A stretch of DNA of 64,000 bases from Ascidiella aspersa (GCA_963924565.1 OZ004608.1:15376001-15440000), one strand, 5' to 3'; shown: positions 24,801 to 39,497, counted from the first letter of the stretch. Numbers and translations are program-made. The notes: generated by a model not told the origin, from the letters alone.

Positions 24801-27800
24801 TATGTTGCAGCCAAAAGTCAAGAGTGCGACACAAGGTGCCGTACTTGAAAATTTCTCAGCTTTATTTAACACCTATTAAAGTTCCTCGAATGTATAGTTA
24901 TCGTGAAAATGGCCGGAAAATATTTTTGTTTGGCCAGTAAATTATGATGAGCTGGCGAAGTTCTACATTTAAAAACGGAGGTGGCGAAGTTCTACATTCA
25001 ATGGACAAGCTTTAAACATCTTGCATTTTGCAACTACGACATAAAATTGTAATATATTGCGGACCGGAAGGGAAGTTGATGCGGACGGGCACCGGTCCGC
25101 GGACCGGCGGTTGAGAACCACTGTCCTAGGGGGAATGAAACAAGACCAACGGAATAAATAAAATACTACGAAGGTTTTTTTTAATGTAAACCTACCGTTC
25201 CAAAAAATCACACGTACCATTTGGGCTATCATGTACACTTTGGGTCCGAAGTACTTCGAGGTAATGTAGGTCTGTGCAAAGCGCGCGTAAAGGCCCACCA
25301 GGCTTATGCACAGAGAGAGCTTACCCATGTACCAAACGCTGTTGTCCGTTTGCTCACTGCAGAGTATTCCAATGCCTTAGTGTAAGTGTAGAAGTGTAAA
25401 TAACAAATAAGTGTATAATTATTTATTTACTTGTTGTAAAAATATGAGTGTCACAACTTTTTAAAGATATACACAAAGTTAAGATTTTGTTTCGAGGGAC
25501 CTAAAACATTTCTAGAGGTGACGAAAGTTAGTCACAGCGTGGCGCTCACAGAACTAATTTGTTTAACTTTTGATCCCCAGCTAACTTGTGCGTCAATATG
25601 TAGCGGAAGTTCAGTAAAATCGCGCGTAGCTAAAATGAGTGTATTTACATAGAAAAACAGTTTTGCTGGAACACGACTTATGGGTGCCCCTTGGGTCAGC
25701 CTCTGTGTACAGTCATAGCCTATGACTACATATTACTATTTTGTATACTGTTTATATTTTATTACTTTTTCTATTGGGAACACAGGATATATTTCGCGTG
25801 TAACCTTCTCCCTGGTCAATGTAGTGCTGAAAGGATTTGAGTTCTGTACTTTTAAACTAATTATGATTAATGAATAAAGCTCTCTTACACAAAAAAGTAG
25901 ATCATTTAGATTTTTTAATTAAATGAAGTTCTAAGTTTTCTAACGATTTTTATTAAAAAGTTCCGTTTTGCTAAGCGAAACGCTTTTTATTGAAATATGC
26001 ACCGCTCTAATAATGATTTTTCTTTCATATACATACCAACAGTAAAGCTCACGGTCATCATGATGTCTAACAAATTCCACTTGTCGCTTAACCAAGTCAA
26101 AATTCGCTTTAGGTAACTTTTGTTGTCAACAGAGGCAATCTGTAAAAAAACACAGGAAATTAAAGATAGGCCTATATCCAAACAAAATACCCAACAAAAC
26201 TACTATTTTAATTATTGTTGTTATGTCGACTGAACGTCGGTAACCAGTATCGTGTACAATATTGGACATGCGTGCACGTAAATAAGGCAATTTGAATACA
26301 TTTCACGGTTCTGTTCTAATCTAAGCTGCAGCCGCCAATGTTATGGCAATAAAACATTACTTCCAGAACAGGGGCGGTTGACCATGGTGTGTTAACCGGG
26401 TGTAATTACCCATTTGATTTTTTTACTTTCTGGGGGCGAATTTGGTATTTGTATGATGAATCATAATGTTGTGAACTATTGTTTATCCTCAGCGTTTGTC
26501 TTAATGACGCAAAAACATTTTTTTATGTTTTGTTATATATTTTATTATGTCAAGCGCGTTTTAATCTTCGTTTTAATCCGAGAGACATTTTATTTGGTTA
26601 TTCTTTTTGTAAAAAATCGATTGAAGCGGGGCTGAATCGTATGGGGAAGGTTAATTTTTTTCCATTTTGACTTGTTTACAGGTACTGTGTTTTTTAGGGT
26701 AAATTTCGTTTCGATCAGCTGTCAAAAACACACTTTACCTGTCGTATCTCATCTGCGAGGATGCCAAATACGTAGAATAATAGAATGATGATTTGTGTCC
26801 AGTAGATACTTAGCCGCTCGGCGTTTATAAAATGGAGTACATAGCTCAGCAAAACGATGGCAGCAAGCAAAAAAAGCTAAACATAAATTTTTTGAGTAAA
26901 GGTTATTTGTTTTCTTACAATACTCACTGTATGCTTTGTTTTACCGTATGTGTGAAGTAAGTTATACGTGGCGAATCGTAGAAATCGCGGATGTCATCTA
27001 ATGCGCCTAAAAAACGTCTTGACAAGGTTGGTTTGACACGAAGGGTATCAGTGGTTAAACTTCTTTGCAACAGGTCGGATAGATTACCGTTTTCACTAAT
27101 CGATTGACCTTTGAATAAAACGTATTTTAACTTTGCGCCTGACAAGCGGTAATAAATAATAACAATTCAGGGCCTAAGTTTAGTTTTTAGATTGTTATAT
27201 ATTTACTAGAAGTATTGTTTTTAGTTCATTTAATTTTATTTTTTCTTAAAGGAAAACTTATTTTTAAGTTACCATGTTTTTCTCTGTAACTGGCTTGAGA
27301 TTCCTTTGAAAATTTTGGAGAAAATCTCTGCAGAAATATGAGAAAATATTTGAATATTATAAATTATTTTGTGAGATACTCCATAGTTACATTGGTGTTT
27401 TGTTTAAAGATCAATTTGGAGAAAAACTTTAAAAGTCACAATAAAACATGACTAACACTATAAAAACAAATCTCACCTACCTTTTGGTCTCCATAACTTG
27501 AACTTTTGTCCCTTACTATGTTAAGCCAAGGAATACATAAAGGGAAGAATATTCCAATAAAAGTCTGCAAAAACATGAAATCACATACTGTATGTTAGAA
27601 AATAAGCACAACAAAAATAGGATTGCTTTGACCACTTCGCAGTTTAGAAAAATATTGCAAACAATTGTGTTAATGCGTAAACAATGCTAAAATAATTTAA
27701 GACGTGCGATACTATTGGAATATTAAAATGATTACAATATTTGTTCGTTTTTATGGTTTACCTTGTACATTGGCTGTTCTTGCGAAAGGCTTCCATACCA

Positions 27801-30800
27801 AATAGTATCCAAACTCCTCTGAACGGAAGGTTGTGCCATAAAGTCACGTTTACCCCCCATGTAGGCAAGAGTCAGACAAGAAAACCCGCCCAAATGCTGA
27901 AGAAAAATTGAATGATGTATCCGTACAGGCAAGTTAAGGCAGTCGAATGCGACGCGCGGGCCGCATATGAATCTTCATTTAGTTTTATGCAGCACTTTCG
28001 ATCAGGTTGTACACAGTATGCATTTTTCAAGATGTACAATGATACTTCTCATGTGCCAAATTTCATGCATATTTTAACTACTTTATTGCAAAAACTTTTC
28101 GCGATTTACTGGAAACTCGTTTACTTTTCCATTAGTCTGTTTTAACTTTTTAGCAATCGTGTTAGCTTAAACGCCGTAATGTCTTATGGCATTTCACTAA
28201 CATCCTGTGGAGGAAAAGCTTTTGACACTTTAGATCACAGCATCCATCTCCGATCTGCTCATATCCTTTTTCGTAGAGTCAAGTTAACAGATTTAGAAAC
28301 TTTGACAGCGTGATGATATCAGTGTTGTAATGACTTAAGTCAATGACTTGACTTAAGTGCACTTAAGTCACTGTTTTCAAATGACTTGACTTGACTTAAG
28401 TCATTTGGGCGAAATGACTTGACTTGACTTAAGTCTTTCGGGCAAATGACTTGACTTGACTTAAGTATTTTGGGCAAATTACTTAGGTTGAATTGAAGTG
28501 CTTTCTTTAAGTGTTTTTTTAATAAAATTGAGCTATTTATCCAAATGTTTGCACATAAAACAATTTGCTTGCTATAAGTTGCGTTTTTCTCATTTTTTAG
28601 TTCAGTTATTGCTCATAATCGTACGAGATTAAAAATTCCAATAGTTCAACGTTTTATTTTTACGACAAGGACATGAATTGAAGTTGACTTGCTCTAATTA
28701 TGACTTGACTGGGACTTGACTTGCGCAACTGATGACTTGGACTGGGACTTGACTTGTTATTTATTCAAAAAGACTTGACTTCGACTTGAGTTATTTTACA
28801 AATAACTTGACTGGGACTTAAGTCATTTCAAAATGACTTGTTTACAACACTGGATGATATTAATCGAAAGGTCCTGCAAGTTGATTAAAAATGGCTTCAA
28901 TGTAGCCCATAAGCAATGTTGTAAGTGTGCAACTTCCCTAATAATAAATCTAGCTGATTTATTTTGGTAAGTGGTAAAGAAACAGGATGTAGTGTGGCAG
29001 TTTACGGTTAGCTAAGTAAAAAATGTGGATTTTGGTCTCTGACGGTTTGCCAACCCTGTGCTTTAGAATATACCGTTATCCGATGCTTCTCTTACTTCCA
29101 GGGGCCGAAAACTAATTTCAAATACAATGACTGGAAAATGACGTTGACTGAAACACATTATTTTTATTTAGTGTTAGGATAAGAAATCGTATGATAATTT
29201 GTATGACTGGAATGTCACCGCGTTTTTTTATTTCGTTGTTTAAAAACTGAAAACCTAGAAAGAAGCAAAATAAGTCCACCAAGTGAAAAAAAATTAAAAG
29301 TGTGAAAACCTCTAGAAACAAACAACATAACGCGAGCACTGCCACTCAGAGATTTAATAAAATCAAAGAAAAATTTGTCAGTAGATTTTAGTTAAAAAAA
29401 AGTTTTACAGCGGCTAAAGTTAATCAGATAATAAAAATATTAGAGATATGTTGTTCGTTACTCATAAAAGTCTATTGTACAGATAAATTATATAACTTTT
29501 TACCGGTATTTTACTGCAAAGGATAGAGCGTGTTGTGTGTTCATGCTTTTTTGAAGTTAAAGTCACAACTTCGATTGCTTTCTCTTCCCAAAATCTGTAA
29601 TAAAACGTATTTAAAAAAAATGTATAACCTGTTGATGCCAAAACCGATGCTTGGTTACGTTTAGTTATGTCTCCACATCACAGTCAGTATATGGGTGATC
29701 TTCTTTAGCAGCATTTAACTTTCTATTTTTTAAGTTATATATATTTTCTCATTTATTATATTTTATGTATATAATGACTTGTAAACGTGACATAGCTCCT
29801 GTGCGGCTATCAGAAGCACAATAAGCTCCACGGTACAAAGAGTATGGTCAAACTATCTAATGGCTTGCGCTTTCATTTTACACTATACTGCAGTGGTATA
29901 CGTGGCTTATTAACAACTACAGCATTTTTATAGTATGCGTGACCACGACCATTTTTGATTAATTTTTCGTGTTCAAAAAAATTTCACGCAATAGGCCTTT
30001 TCAATAGTATGAAAAAGTATAGTTTCTGACATTTCGTTACTTTCCAAAGCGGTTCGCTAGTTTTCTTTCCTAAAAATGCAAAGATGAACGGTAAATATTT
30101 CATTTCGTTCGGACAACGCCAAATGGTCCCTAAGTGTTGTGTTACACTGTAAACTTCGAGGGTTGTTATAATCCACCTTGGGGTGGAAATTTGTAACAAA
30201 TATGGTGTTAAATTTCACTACCATGTGAACAAAGGTGGAAATAAACTCATGAGCGTGGGATTTTTCAACAACACCAGTAGTATGTGATTTATAGCGTGAA
30301 ATTCTCAACCCTGTCCTAAAAGTCATCGGTTATACATTTACATATTCCAAGTGTTAAATACGCCATTAAGCCTAGTCAAAGTCGGTAAAAAAGTTGTTTC
30401 GAAGAAAAGCCCTAGAAAATATTATAATGTTTTAAATTTGCACATGATAATCTTAGTCTAACACAGAACTAACATAGATAAATAAGTGCCAGTCAAAATG
30501 CGAGTAACTCGAAGATTGTTTTACAAACACTAATGTTTTGCTTCTTTGATTTACTACCTATTTCGTTCGTTTCAAGAGACTGAATCATGGGCTATTTGCG
30601 CTCAGCCTGGTTCAGCGGCATTGTGATGACTGTAAAGTATAGTGGCGCCGTAATGTACGTAAATTTGAATAAACATTTTCCAACTATTTCTAAAAGCAAC
30701 GTATAAGACTTACCTGGCATAATTGTTCAGTTCCTCAATAGTAATCATATCTTCATTGCTTTCAATCATTTGCTGCGCTATATTTCCACATAAGGTGCTG

Positions 30801-33800
30801 GCTAGCAAAGCCAAAGCTGTTTTTTTAAGATTTGTTTGTTATTTTTCTCTCGAGAAAATTTAGAAGATATGATAATTTATTAAAAGTTGTTTACACGGCG
30901 AATAACAAGCTTACAGCTTTTTTGGGGTTTATGAAATCATACTTTGATTAAACGTAATTAAGTTGCTTGACTTATGCTACCTATGTGATCTGTTCCGTGC
31001 AGCCAGACAGTTTTTGCCAATTCATTTCGGCCCATAATGACGCACCAAATAAAGACGTCCTGTATCGGGTGATCCACTGGTTCAAAATGTTCCGCAACAT
31101 ATACAGTCGTCAATCGATCGATGCGAGTTAATTTAGCTGAAAGTTGCAACAAACAACAGTGTACTAGTCACAATATCCGTATACAATCCCATTAAAACCT
31201 GCATAATGGTCTTAAAAGTCTATTTTTTTCTAAAACAGTTACCCAGTTGCAGACAATACTACTTTTATAATGTAATGTTTTATAACATAACAACAGCTTT
31301 GAGTGTACTATAGCCCTATAGCTTTGTACTTTAACGCAGTAAACTTGACCTAACAAAAACGATTTATATACTATTTAACGACCTACGTGTAGGCATTAAG
31401 CCATCTGTGTACTTCTCGTAAATGTCCTGGACCTCCTTGTTGGTAAAATCAGAGATGATGTGTTGAACTGTGTGGATAACATTTGGCACTTCGCCTCTAG
31501 TGCTAGCCAGAAAGGGGCGAAAGAATCGCATCGAGGGTGTGGTAAAATCGTCAAAGGCCAAAATCTAAAAGTGGACGAACTGAATATAACTATAACTATA
31601 GACAAGCTACTAATAAATATTTGAACAGGAAAATAATGCAGCCTATAAAATAACTATACAAAACAACCAAGCCTATACAAAAATGTGTTAAGGTTACTTT
31701 AACTTTGCATATTTAACCCTAAGGTGCATTTTTATGTGCTGTTTTTCCAAATTTTGCTAATGACATTGCTATATTGATTACCTGTAATAAGTCACATCGA
31801 AACTATCAGGGGTGTAAAGAGAGAAAATCACTTTTAGGAAATAGGAAAATAAAATTTTAACATTTGAGCGTTACCTGATAGTACATTTGGGAAAGAGTTT
31901 TTACTGTTATCGCACGATAGATGTCGATGTTTCCGGAGTGCATCATGTCGAGAAACACAGGTGAGTTGAATCCTAAGGCCATGACCAGGCAAGATTGCAG
32001 AAACTCGGGTTCAGGCTAAACAAAGTATATTAAGTTTTAAGCTGTGAATTTTCATTCGCTATCAAAATAACGTTATTACAATAAAACCAAAGGTATAATA
32101 ATGTATAAGGACAAAACTTCCAGAAGGAAAAAATGAGTTTCTTTTTTTTTGGTAAAAAACTATTTGGTCAAACTTATACCGACCGCCGAAAACTCTATTT
32201 TGGTCTGTAACAGCTGCTTGATAGTGTCTATCTTTCCCCATGACAATGCCAGTCGCAAAATAGCCCTGGTTGAATACCGCGGTTCTGTGTGAAGGTATAT
32301 GTTTGGTTAGATGGCTTAAATTAAAAGACAAATTTGCAACGAATCCTACCTGACATAACGTTTTCCAGCAAAAAATTGTCGAATGTTCGGCCTTTCAATG
32401 AGTCGGAAAACATTATCGGCATCTAAACAGTCATTTTCTAAGTTATGCGTGATGGTCCAAAGAAAAACTTGAAAGACTAAGATTAAATCCGGGATGACGT
32501 ACGGAAATAGTTTTGTCAGTCGTGCTCTGATGCTTCATTAGAACCGAGTGCAATATTCCCAGTTAAAAGTTTTAAATGTAGTGCTTATCAAGTATAGTTA
32601 AGAGTATAACTGCAAATCACACCGTTATTGTAAAGAATCTATATGTGTAATGTGTACTTTACTTATGTTATTATTTATACAATATATTTTACATCAGTAT
32701 TTATCTGGTGCTGTTGTTTAGGTTTTAGAACAATTTGCTACCGTTTTCGTCAGTCGAATCTAATTTCTTTACTCGATTTGCCCCATTACGCCACAGTCCA
32801 AGCACTTGCAAAAGGATAAATTATACGTTACCGTCTTCTTTGAACCCTGCAGTAACAACTTTATTTGTGAGATTTCGTAATGTGAAAGGCAATCGGTGAG
32901 GTTACACGACAGGTCTTCTTCATTGTCGGAACTGTCACCGCTTCTTTCACCATTTTTTCTGCCACAAAATGGTTTTGCTGTAGCATTGTAGAAGGTGGAA
33001 ATATTACGGGAGCTGATGCAAACTTTTGATATATCTATTGCTGATACAGTCAATGGTTATAGATTGAACTAAGAAACGATATAAAAACGCAAAAGTTATG
33101 ATTGAGATACGTTGTGCGGTAACAGTTTCTTTGTAACTTACATATTTTCCATTAATCTATTGCATAGGATAAAGGACTAATCCATTGGATCAATGACGAA
33201 CGTACCGGTAGAAAAAGTTATTTAATTTCGAAAACCTTGCTAAAAAATGTCATGCTGTGGTAGCCTTACTTACATTGCCTTATGCTTTTCTAGTATGCCG
33301 TAAGTTTCTTTGGCGCTTTGGTGAACGAAAAGCATCATATTTTGATTCCTCCTGGCACACTCAGAAATGTGCTCCCAATTGTCGGATATAAGGTTGACAA
33401 CCACTGGTATGGTGTGGACTACAAAAATATACTACTTACTTTATTGTGCAAAGGGAAGGTCATGCTCACAAAAAACTTCGGCTATATAAAAAGAACTATA
33501 AAGGGTAAAAGTAAGCTATAATATAATAATATTACACTTTCTCAGAGCGTGCAACTTAAGAACTCTTTCTGAACGCGAACAGCACTTAGTCGACCTGCCT
33601 ATGTCGTTATTTTACGATTAACTTACACACGGTAAACGTTGAATCAACGTCGACTGGAATGGATCCCAAGTAATTTGAAACTTCATGGCGAAACAATGAG
33701 ACATCTTTCGGCTCGCCCTCCACAAACACAAAGTAGCCGTGGTTTCGATCTAATAAGCCTTTGGAGCCAACTGCGTCCAATTTATAAACGACGGGGAACA

Positions 33801-36136
33801 AACCCTAAATAAAAAGCAACGCGTCACATGAAAATAAGTTAAGAAAAAACATTTTATAACTTATTTATGTATTTTTTGTTACAGCAACAATATAGCCCTT
33901 TCAAAATGTTTGCTTTATAACGCAGCCAATGTAGGTTAGAAAACGAATAAAAAGCTAAGATGAAACGATTCTTACGGTTAAATTTTGCTTAATGTTCTTT
34001 TCAACAAAATTTTATACAACACCAGACGTGGGGAATATTTTTTTACAGAGGGCCGCATGAGAAACATAAAATGTTGTAGCCAGCCGGGTCGAAAATAGGA
34101 TCTTATAGGTGCACACAACTTGACAAGTTGTTGGGGTAGTTGACCGAAATGTTTTTCACAATAAATTTACATTCTAAGCTCCACACTAATTTTGTATTTT
34201 ATGCATTTAGGAGACGACTGGTTGTCATAACGAACACAAAAAAAGAGTTGTTTTAGTTTAATATTGCATTGTTTAACATCATGCGAGTAAAAATATAAAC
34301 ATAACTATAGCCCCGGTAGCACAAGACTTACTCCTTGCTTAGAGGTGTACAATACGTCCTTGTTCTGCACAGTCTCCATACCGATTACAGCTATGCTGTT
34401 TGCATTGGATGTTCCTGAGAAGGGGGAGCATCCTGAGGTGATGATCCAGCTTCCTTCCGACACGAGCTGCCAAGACGATTCTTTCGCTTGGCCTTCTCCT
34501 GCGATGATAAGGATGATGTTGGGAATATGAATCTTCCACTGTTTGGTGAACAAGTTCCAGATCACTGATGGCTGGGTTTGCGCCGACACCGTGGCGAACT
34601 TTAAATATCAAGCGAGTTTAAATCTTTATTCAAGGTGTACTTTTATACAACCAAAACTATATTTATCTGTTTTTAAAAGGTCTACAGCTAAAACCTGATA
34701 AGTAAAAGCCAACTTGGCAGCGAGTTTTATTGCATCAATACACAAATGACAGACGAGTCGCAAAACGTAACAAACAACAACATTCGGTGAAAAGGACATT
34801 CCTTAGATCGTAAGCTGAATAAAACACGTAGATATACGCTGACTCATATTCTACAATTTAAGGTTTATAACGGTATGCCAATTTTAGCAACAGAGAAAAC
34901 GTCCTGAAGTATCCAGTTAGGTTAGATTTATACTTCACGTTAAAAGTAGAAACATGCTTACTTAAATAAGGACTTAAATCCGTTAAAACTAAATAATTTA
35001 AAAGTGATTCTATTTGAATGGAAAAAGGGTGTCGTGTGTCCAATCACTTCTTTTTAAAATGAAAAGTTCGGCAACTTCAGCGGTATAAAAGTGTTTTTTC
35101 GCTTTACGCTGCAGATAGCTTTTTTGTAATGTAGTTTTTTTTCTGATATTTTTTATCAGATGTGTAATTTCCCTAAGTTGCTTGTTTTTCGTATATAGCA
35201 CTGCGTCGCACACAAAACCATCAACATGTTTAATCGCAGCAATGATTGCATGTGCGCACACATGAAGCAGATACGGTAAACAAGTTATTGCGTCAACCTT
35301 GTGACTAAACCCATAACACGCAGGCCTATCTCAGTTTTACATTTGCTAATAAAAGCAAACTATCGAGATTCGATTTTGCCTTTAGCTCTTTCATAATACT
35401 CAAAAAGAACTAAAAAATGAATTTAAATCAGGGAAAATAAAAACTCGAAAACTTTAGCCTAATTAGTTTGTGCTGTTATTTCAGCCTCTGTACAAAACTC
35501 CTATACATACTTTTTTATTGCTATTAAGTTATTTTTGTACTTTAAAAGAGAATATTACTTTAACTAAATGTCGGTCAAAAATTGCAAGATCATTTTGTTA
35601 CTAGTAAACCCCTACTAAAAACTCATGCAGGCAGCCAGGGTTATCATAATTGTTTGACCATCAACTGCTTTGTCAATTTATAAAAAAAACTAATACACCG
35701 TACTTTTTGAGTTGTTATTTTGCATTTCTTTGTATAACGTAATAATTACCGGCGAGTAGGTACTCTTCCTTCCCACTTGTTCAAACTTAATCTCTCCGAA
35801 TGAATGTTTACTGATGCCATTTGATCCAGCGACGAACTTGCGCAGTTTTGTCTGTCCAAAAAAGACATCGTTAAAAATATATGTACTTTCTAAACAACAA
35901 ACAATATAATATCCGTACAACTGTGGAAAATACAAGCTTACGAAAGCTTAACAAGACGGAACTTACGAAACTTTAAAAACACCTAGAGGTGTAACGTGGT
36001 TTCGGCGACAATGACCTACTAGAGTAAAGGTCCAAAAGGTTAACTCAAAATCAAGCAATTTACAGACTACTACGATTTAACTCGCCTTCAGTTGGTGATT
36101 CGAAGATCCGCCTGATATTGATGACCTTAACTCCAT
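21840..36136 (-). CDS. TRPM (melastatin)-family cation channel, divergent, about 1110 aa, 25 exons
   Basis: Exons: 36086-36136 (GC donor), 35750-35851 (FGEIKF), 34332-34598 (W..P....I.G, SWIITSG), 33627-33804 (LDRNHGYFVFV), 33274-33418 (IPVV), 32832-33012, 32350-32422, 32184-32284 (LRLALSWGKID), 31875-32015, 31387-31564, 30981-31136 (FIWCVIMGRNELAKTVW), 30714-30816, 29504-29594, 27762-27896 (FMAQPSVQ..IWYG), 27477-27564, 26945-27108 (FYDSP), 26739-26876 (DEIRQ), 26037-26139 (DKWNLLD), 25218-25375 (FGPKVYMI), 24497-24591, 23677-23843 (PYWQIYG), 22780-22870 (NILMVNLLIAM), 22413-22588 (TRP helix), 22180-22309, 21840-21960. Total 3333 nt, open frame; a few boundaries are best guesses. Confidence 0.9.
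28320..28852. mobile_element. hAT-type MITE with GACTT subterminal repeats in a TRPM intron
   Basis: TIR CAGTGTTGTAA / TTACAACACTG, 8-bp TSD GATGATAT, many TGACTTGACTT(AAGT) units. Confidence 0.9.
30145..30325 (+). repeat. Dispersed repeat fragment (CACTGTAAA end), homologous to 1795-1917
   Basis: Direct nucleotide similarity; the spurious ORFs also share TNFHP.VDY.N...LQC. Confidence 0.6.
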
Positions 36137-39100
36137 ATTGATATTACTGAAGCAAATTCTTTGCAAACACTTTTATGTTGATTTAATGGAAACAGCCAAA
36201 TAAGCACACGGTTTTCCTGTTGGGGGAAGTAAGAACGTGAGCACGCCTGCTATAAAATAACATAAACTTTCGTACGTAGTAATACAATAAACAAGATTGA
36301 TAAGATTCGGACAGGTGATATTACGTTGCGGATACAGCCGACTCTCGACACGTTTTTACGTTGACGAAGTCCCGCCAATCAGTTTTGACAGTGAACCATT
36401 TAAACCAACTAATCTATTGCAACAACTATAAAATAGCACAATATAAGAATTGTCAGTACTTTTTCGCCAAGATAAACGAAAATCTCATCTTTTAGTACTA
36501 CGTCTTAAAACGAAATTCTAAAAGTTAAGTTAGCTCATTCTAAAACTTTCTTTTTTTGACTAAAAGGAAAATCCCAGCGCACGCTGCATAAAAGCTAAAA
36601 TTACAAAACTTTTCGTGCTAATAGTTCTAGAATGAAGACGAAGTCAAGGCACTGCGTTGTTGCACTAACGCGTATTGCTTACACGCGAACTCCTAGCACT
36701 TATTAGTCAACAAATGACGAAGCCCATCTTGTTATCATCAATGCTTCCTGGGCTTGTAACAAGTCACAACACGTTGCCACATCTGCCGTCTAAAGACGGT
36801 TTATTATTTTCAACAACTGGTTTGAAACGATTTCCAATCCGTATCACAATAATTTGGCAAACGTTCGATCGCGCCAGGAAGAGCTATATTCTTTATTTAC
36901 CAAGATTCTTAATTCGAACACCATTCTTCACTGTTTTCTGCTTATAGGCGCCAACTTTTATATGAGAAACAACTTTGAGATAATCTCTAACGTTTGTGGA
37001 AATTTCATGATGCAACTCTGTTTTTTTTCCTTGTCAAAAGTGATCCACAAATAAATTGACTTTAAAACAAAAATTTTTTTCGGGCCACATAATAATTTGG
37101 ACAAAAACAACTGGTGTCCAAAAGAATATTTTTTTAGGGGGGGGCACATAATAATAAGGCGAAACTCATATGACGAGTTCGCGAAGAACGAAGACCATTG
37201 GAAATTATTTCAGGACCCAGACTCGCAATGACGAAGTTGCAGTTTAAATTAGACAGTGGGAATTTAAATTGAGTCAATTAACTATAGTACGATCAAGTTT
37301 GTGTCACGTTTTCAGTGATCTTAAAATAGACTTGTTTGCGTACATGTTTCGAAACTTTTACGACATTTTGAGACATATTACGACACAAATATACTACACA
37401 CTCGATTATGTAATTACATAAAAACTTGACCTTGAAGTAAGTTTGACCATTACCTTCACATTTGTTGAAAATGGCACGAAAAGTACCCTAATGTTTTGTT
37501 CGTACTGTCCAAGTCGTTGAATAAGGTTTCCGATATAGTGTCGAATTATAGTGTCGAATGCAGAGCAACGTCGTCGTTAACCAACAAAAGGATCGGCGAC
37601 ACCCCGTCGTGTGCTCGATTCTCTACAAACTCGCGCGCTACATATCATAAACCTCTTAACGCAAAAAACTTTTTTTCAAGGACAATTACCTGCGTTGACA
37701 TAAAAAAATAATTTAGGTATATTGCTCTAATAAAAATTAAATTTAATGTTTTCAACTTAAAGATGTTTGACGTGCTTAGCCTTTGGGTATTTAGTCCTTT
37801 TAGCGGTTTTAATAGTAACCAAATTTCAGTTTCAACCGAGATTTTACTTAAGTTCGAAGAACTGTGGTACCGGGATTACTTAAAAAGCACATCACATGGT
37901 TTAATTCATGTTAACGATAGTGTGCAACGTTCCAAGTAAAGATTTAAGTTTAACCAAATTTAGGCAGGGTTCTCAAAATATCGCGTTTGTTTTCGCAGTT
38001 TTAACTGTAAGCAATTTATATTTTTCAACCGGTTACGGGTTTGTCTGACGTTAAACGCAGCTTGGCTTTTAGTGCAAAGGTTTAGCAATTTTTACTTTTT
38101 TTAAACTTACTTTGAATAAACATCAGGAAACCTACACAGACATCGTACAACAAATCGTGTTTAACCAGGCAATACTTGGCAGAGTTCGCAAAATATTGCG
38201 TTTATTGCAGCAGTGTAAAGCATTTGTTTTTTAATGGGGATTCTTCTCACGTTTGACGCAGTTTAGTGTACCGGGATTACGTATATCGCGCTATCAAGCA
38301 GGTCTAAACAATGTATTGCAGCGGTTTAATAATTAAGCAAATTTACTTTTCAAACGGGATTTTCTTTCGTTGGATGCAGTATGGTACCTACCGGGATTAC
38401 GTATTTGTTTAAATTCGCGCAAATTGAACAACTGTCCCTCTTTTTTACGTTTGTTAGTAATTTTCGCTCGACATATGTCATGGGTTTTCGTTACGTAAAA
38501 TATGCGAGGAAGGTTATACAATGCTGATAACACGTGATTAGTGATTAAATGGTCATAGTGCGTTCGCGCATTTCCTTTAGTGACCTATTTCAGACACAAA
38601 ACTGTTTTTTAGGTTATACGTTAATTTTTTTATTTTTACACTGTTTCAACCAAATGCAAAAATTAATGACAATTTACGGAGACCAAGAATTAGATCTTTA
38701 GAGCCACGCAGACAAGTGACATAATTTAACACGACATTCCATTAATACCGCTTTCACACAGGCTGTGGGGTTTCATTAGGTTAACCGATTTTAGACACAC
38801 GATAAGACATGATTTAAAACACATCACATGATTTGAAATTTCAATTTAGTGACACGCAGTGCAAACGTTTAGGCATAAGTAAAATGTTTATGCAGTTTAA
38901 AAAAATATGTTTGCATTATTTATGCCTCTTACGAAGATCTCACGGTATCCGTAACATTACTTTTTAGGTATATGCTGATTACCACAATATCTTCCATAAT
39001 CATGGGCTATAACACGATGCTAGCAGTTTAACATGTTACAACGTAATGTACAATAGTGACAAAGAGCCCACAGTATGGTGGATTGTTTCGTTTTGTTTAA

Positions 39101-39196
39101 CCAGACAAAATCCAGGTAGACTTCGTATATTATCGTGGTTATTGTAGATGTAATTAATTTTTAACCAGTTAGAATAATTGGTAAACATTCTATTTA

Positions 39197-39225
39197 ACCT
39201 GGGCAACGCCGGGTATTTCGTCTAG
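39197..39225 (+). mobile_element. Helitron 3' terminus
   Basis: ACCTGGGCAACGCCGGGT hairpin followed by ATTTCGT-CTAG and then T, the canonical Helitron 3' end layout. Confidence 0.7.
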
Positions 39226-39497
39226 TATTGAACAACCGACTAGGGCGATAAATACGTTAACCAGTTTTCGCAAGAGTTTAATTGTCTTCAAAGCTTTGGA
39301 CTATACGTCACATTTTTTGGAAAAACTATAAATATAGCGATTTTGATAATTTGTATAGGTCCAACCATATAGTTAAACAAGCTATTGATGAAACTTAAAA
39401 GGCGTATTTTGGAGGTTGGTAAAGGTCCATAATTGCTTAAGCGTTTAGGAAATGTAAATTATATCTTTTTTTAACAAATTTAGTTTTGTCACTATAG

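Noticed and set aside
25075-25123. Second full Charlie-like hAT element
   Set aside because: Only a right end (GGTTGAGAACCACTG) is visible; no matching left TIR or TSD was found.
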